Source: the human T2T-CHM13v2.0 reference genome, Homo sapiens. Taken from it: a stretch of 64,000 nucleotides of DNA. This document shows positions 58,961 to 64,000 of the stretch, one piece after another. Below the pieces are notes generated by a model. It was not told the origin of the DNA, made no database searches, and was given only the letters and a program-made list of their open reading frames with translations. Location: NCBI RefSeq assembly GCF_009914755.1, contig NC_060944.1. One strand, 5' to 3'. Both the position numbers and the translations under genes were made by a program. The stretch's first letter is position 1; each line of letters begins with the position of its first letter.

Positions 58961-60026
58961 GGAAGATTAAAACGAATGAGTTGATTTTTGTAGGAAATGG
59001 CAGAAAGTAATTCAGGGTGTCGTAGTGCTCTTCATCTCTCAGGGTTTCCTTGCTCCTCTGCTCCCACAGCTTCGTGCTTCCCCTGCCTGGTCATCCTTTA
59101 ACTTGCCACTGGGGAGGCTGATGTGGGCAAAGGAGTGAGAAAGAAGACAGGAGGTGTGGTGATTTCTTCAGCCCTTTCTCCTTCAAAATTCACACCCAAT
59201 GTGTTCTGGGTATTGTGTTTAGGGAACACAGAAGTGTATCTGTTTCATGCTAGTAACATATTCCAGGATACGGATTGGAAGGGGGGCTGAAAGAAATGAA
59301 ACCATTTGATATTAAGGACTCTAGGTGATTAAAAAAAAAGAGATCTCCTTTTTCGTATCATAGTCATGCAATAACTTTTTTTTCCTCCTAATTTTTAATT
59401 TTTCTATTAAGCAACACTTTGGCTGTTGTAGGAGATAGCAGGACCAATTATATTTGCTTCCTAGTACCTGGGAGTTACCTCTGCCAGCATGGCCTTTCCC
59501 CTCTGTGCATGTTATTTTGTTCAATTAAAAAGACCATGCTTGCCTGCTTTGCAATATTCTTGCTTCCACCTGATGCAGGGAAATAGAACTGCAAATGGAT
59601 GAATCAGGAAAGGAAGCGACTCTTGAGTTCACCAGACCCTGAGTTTTCCCTAAGGCTTTTGCCTAGCTCCCAATCTCTTTGGTTATGGGTTTCTGGGACT
59701 CATTAGGGACTGGGTGGGACTTCTTAGGTAGATACCCACCCTTTTGTGTGTTCCGCTCTAGTGTTGTTCCCTATTAGCATGGAAAATCTATCACTTAGCT
59801 CTTTTGTGAGTTCCATCATTTTCAGTTATGAGTTTTACCTGTAGCATAACTGGAAGAAGAAAACCACAGCAACTCCCTGGTTAATCTGAAAATGACAACC
59901 CAGCATCTGGCTGGGAGTAATGCAGGGAAGTGGGGAGAGGAATAACATGCCTGTCATGGGAAGCAAGCTTGTTGCAGATGGAAACAAAGTTGTCCTCCCA
60001 AATGACTGGTGTCTGTCTCCCTTCAG

Positions 60027-60118
60027 CTATTGTGGAAAACATGGCTGAGTTCCGGCCTGAGATGTGTACAGAGGGTGCCCAGCAGGGTCTTCTACAGTGG
60101 CTGTTGAAGAGGCTGAAG
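60027..60118 (+). CDS. CTNNBL1: CTNNBL1 coding exon 7 (92 nt; A-IVENMAEFRPEMCTEGAQQGLLQWLLKRLK)
   Basis: Acceptor ctcccttcag|CT (G+CT=Ala), donor AAG|gtgagt, phase 1-0. Confidence 0.97.
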
Positions 60119-60637
60119 GTGAGTTTGGCTGTGGGGAACTGCAGCTCACACCTGTCTTTGCTCTGGGCTTGATTGATGCTGGGTTATTGGCATAGACTGT
60201 TATGCTGGGCCATATGATCTAGTTTGGGAAGCTTCTGGTACCTCTTGCTTCTTTCTTCTCCGTTTTTGTTCGTTTTAAAACAAGAGGCTTTAAAAATAGT
60301 CTTTAGTACCTCTGAAAATACAAACGTTATAAATACAAATTCATGTGATACAAAAGGTATAAAACTGAAAAGATCCCCTCTGCTGATCCCTTGTAGTTCC
60401 ACTTCTCAGAGGCAGTCACTGTTAACAATATTATATCCATTCTCTCAGAAATTTTCTGTGTATATGAGAGAGTGTGTGTTTCACAAACAGAATTATGTAA
60501 TATTTTCTTATGCAAGTTGATTTTCTCACTGAACTAATTATTGCCTAGTTAGTATTCCACTATGCTGATGTACCAAAATTAATCTCATCATTCCCACTGG
60601 TAAGTTTGTAGTGTTATAAACAGTGCGGCTGTGAATA

Positions 60638-61281
60638 CAGTAGTCCCCTCTTATCTGTGGTTTTGCTTTCTGCGTTTTAGTTACTCACAGTTAACCATGG
60701 TCTGAAAACAGGTAAATATAGTACTAAAAGGTATTTTGAGAGAGAGACCACATTCACAAAACTTTTCTTACAGTATGTTGTTATAATAGTTCTATTTTAT
60801 TATTGTTGTTAATTTCTTACTGTGCCTAATTTAGAAACTTTTTTTTGTTTTTTTGTTTTTTCTTTTGAAACTGAGTCTCACTCACTCTGTTGCCCAGGAT
60901 GGAGTACAGTGGCATGATCTTGGCTCACTGCAACCTCTGCCTCCCGGGTTAAGGTGATTCTCCTGCCTCAGCTTCCCGAGTAGCTGGGATTACAGGTGTG
61001 CGCCACCACGCCTGGCTAATTTTTGTATTTTTAGTAGAGACGGGGTTTCACCATGTTGGCCAGGCTAGTCTCGAACTCCTGATCTCAAGTGATCCACCCG
61101 CCTTGGTCTCCCAGAGTGCTGGGATTACAGGCGTGAAACACCGTGCCTGGCCTATAAATTAAACTTTATTATAGGTACATATATAGGAAAAAAACATAGT
61201 AAATACAGAATTTATCTGTAGTTTCAGGCATCCACTGGGGGCCTTGGATCCTATCCCCCACAGATAAGGGAGGGACTGCTG
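60638..61281. mobile_element. MER44-like Tigger MITE interrupted by an AluSx, within old L1-like sequence
   Basis: TIRs cagtagtcccctcttatc and gataagggagggactgctg, flanked by TA at 60636-60637 and 61282-61283. Confidence 0.8.
60838..61152 (-). mobile_element. AluSx-like
   Basis: Full antisense dimer. Confidence 0.9.
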
Positions 61282-63039
61282 TATACAGACTTTTTAAAAT
61301 ATACATTTGTCTCAGTTTATCTGTACGATAAATTCATAGAAGTAGAATTGATAGGCCAAAGGCTATGCACCTTAACATTTTTTGTAGTATTGCAAAATTA
61401 TTCCCACTGATTTATCATATCCCACTGATAAATCAGCTGCCCCACTGATTTAGAGTTATCTGTTTCCCTCTGCTTCTAGTTAATCTGATAGTGAAAACTG
61501 GTATTATTTTAATTTGTAATTTTAACATCAAGTGAAGTGTGTTGGCTTCTTGTTGATTAGCCATTTGTATTCATGTCTTTTAGCTTCATATTTATATTCT
61601 TTGTCCATATTTCTATTGAATTGTTCATTCTCTTAGCATAGTCCTTGTGATTGTCTTTTTAACAGTTAGTATTGTCTAATAGAGTAAATGAGAAAAAGAA
61701 GAGGCAAGAGCTCCTCTCAGAACAGTTTGGACCAAAGGTGTGATGGGAGGCAGTTTGGAACTGCTTATATGCTATTGAAATGGCCCTCAGGCAGGCAAGG
61801 ATCCTAACTTTTTGTGAGAAGGAGGCACTTGTTTGTAACTAAAGTAATGCTCTAAGTAATGGCCTTGCTCTGCTTCAGAATGTCACAAGCATCCAGAAAG
61901 TCTGGGGTGTATCAGGTCAGATTTGTCCTCCACTGTCTTGGCAGGGCTAAAGGAGAAGGTTCTGCCTAAGATATCATATGCTGCATGGTTTTCTCCGTTT
62001 CTGACACTCTAGTCTTCTCCAATCCTACTTATTCAGCCGTTTGTTCCCATTAAATCTGTAACCTTGATTTACATAACATATTGGCCCAAGGATGCTCAGC
62101 TAGCCCAGCTGCTACCATCAGTATGAGCACATTTGCCTAGCAGAGGTCAGTAAACTCTAACTCCCTCCAAACCCCATCCCTCTTGCCTTTCAGTCTTGCA
62201 TCCAGCAAGTAGTTAATTCAGGCATTGTCATTTGCAACTTCCTTTTGACCTCCTCTCTTGAGTCTAAATATCCTTTGGTTTTAGAACTAGACTTGTTTCT
62301 CATTTAATTTCCTTTACATCTCTCTAAACTCCGTTTCTTCTTTCCTCAGTATTCAACACATTTTTTATTCTCCAAAGCCTTGAGACATTTTGGGAACAAC
62401 CAGTGGAGGAGAGGAAAGTAGAGCACCGAGTTTTAAGGGGATGGCGTAGATGTCAGGGACCTGAGTTGTTGGGGGAGTAGCCACACGTTAGGGACGCAAC
62501 CTTGAAATACACAAAATAATTCAATAGTTTTTTTGTCTCTGTTATGTCGGGACAGATTTTTCCAAGTTACTTGAGACTTAATACTGATTCAGGGATCTTC
62601 ATTAAACTAGAATGTCTTCTGCCAGAGTCTTTTTTTTTTTTTAATTGGTAACATAGGAAGGGAAATTGACTTTTGAGTGTTTGGCTTGGATGCCGTTACC
62701 CTTATGATCATAATGAAGGGGCCCATTTGATAGTTTAGCAAGCTATTGACTCTTGCCACATAGGCACTGCATTGATGTAATCCTCGGGGCACAAATAGCC
62801 ATGTTGCTGTCTCTGAAACAGTTTTCAGGCTTTTAGGGATATTTAAACATCAAAATGCTATTTGGGTTTTTTACTGGTAAGCAAGTGCTTTTAGAAGAAA
62901 ACTGTGCTGCCCAGGCTTAATTAATTCTTTCATTAATTAGTTAATGAAATAAAGTCCTGCTTAAGGGTGAGGCCAGCAAGAGGGCATGTCCTTCGCAGCA
63001 ATGCCTTGCTCTTATTTCTCATAATCTGGGGAATGTTAT

Positions 63040-63255
63040 AATCTTCATTCTCTTCAACATCGTGGTGACTCTTAGTGAGTACTGGACCCAGATCCTGACT
63101 TTCCCTTATTAGCTGTGTAATTGTGGGTAACGGCCTCTTAACTTTTCTGGCCTGTTTTCTCCTTTGAAAAATGGGGATCATACTCCCTGCCCTTCCAATC
63201 TCACAGGGTTATTGCGAAATCAAATATGATAATGCTTTTAAATTGTAAAGAGGTT
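63040..63255 (+). mobile_element. MIR
   Basis: ttagctgtgt...aaaatggggat...cacagggttattg core. Confidence 0.7.
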
Positions 63256-64000
63256 ATAGCAGTGGGTTTCAGCTGGGGGTTTGTATTAAGATCACCAATG
63301 GAACTGAACAAATACAGATTCCCACACTGTACCCTAGACCTACCGTCTCAGTCTCTGTCTTTGGTATATTTTAGAAAGGTTTCAAACACATGTGATTCTA
63401 ATGTACAACTCTCACTAAGATCCACTTGTCTCAGGAAATGTGGACCTTCTTGTTAACCATTTTACTCTGGAGACTAATTTAAAACTCCATTTTCACTATG
63501 CTATTACCCATTCAGAAACTTACCTGGAGTGATGCTGTGCCTTCTACATCAGATCCCACCTTCTCTGCCTCTTACCCAGGCCCAGTTTGACCTTTTCATT
63601 TTCCAGTTTTGAAACATTGGCCTTTGTTACCTTTTAGATACCTTTTTTTTTTTTAAACCTATCTCCTGCTCTGCAAAGGTCAAAATTATCTTGACCTCTG
63701 TGTCTGGCTTTGTTCATACTCCCAACTCTACCAGGAATGACTGGCTCCTCTCTTCCATTCGTATTTCTAAATTTTACACACCCTTCGTGAAACAGCTTAA
63801 ATCCCTAATCTTCTGTGTAGCCTCTATCACTTTTAGAACTGAAAGGAAATCTGTAAGTTCTGTTGTAGATAAAAAATTTAAAATTGAGACCTATCGATAT
63901 TAAGTGCCTTGCCCAAACCCCTGTAGCTAGTTAGAGATAGAGCTAGGATTAAGACCCAAGCCTCCAGAATTTTCTTCATGCCCCCTTTCCATAGTACTTT

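Noticed and set aside
62268-62276. Second perfect ATATCCTTT (U12 5'ss motif) in intron 7; partial match also near 11164
   Set aside because: No upstream exon or paired tandem motif (as in a U11-binding splicing enhancer) was seen. One such AT-rich 9-mer in 64 kb is compatible with chance.

Overview
Primate (human-type) genomic DNA lying entirely inside CTNNBL1 (beta-catenin-like 1, PRP19/CDC5L spliceosomal complex), transcribed on the + strand. The window covers the 3' part of intron 1, coding exons 2-7 (codons 11-250; numbering from my recollection of the human protein) and the start of intron 7. The standout feature is the 10,951-nt intron between exons 4 and 5 (38682-49632). It is a minor-spliceosome U12-type AT-AC intron, with an ATATCCTTT donor, a CCCTTAAC branch site and an AC acceptor, inside a gene encoding a spliceosome component. 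The rest is intronic: a 5'-truncated antisense SVA with TSD, about 20 Alu/FLAM copies (several close inverted pairs and nested insertions), L1, L2, MIR, LTR and DNA-transposon relics, and several local template-switch or tandem duplications. Candidate regulatory cassettes are flagged as hypotheses: a 101-nt stop-containing exon in intron 1, U2-type sites in and around the U12 intron, and an Alu-tail poly(A) signal array. I see no evidence for a wholly new biological system. Nearly all listed ORFs other than the exons are repeat-derived or spurious.
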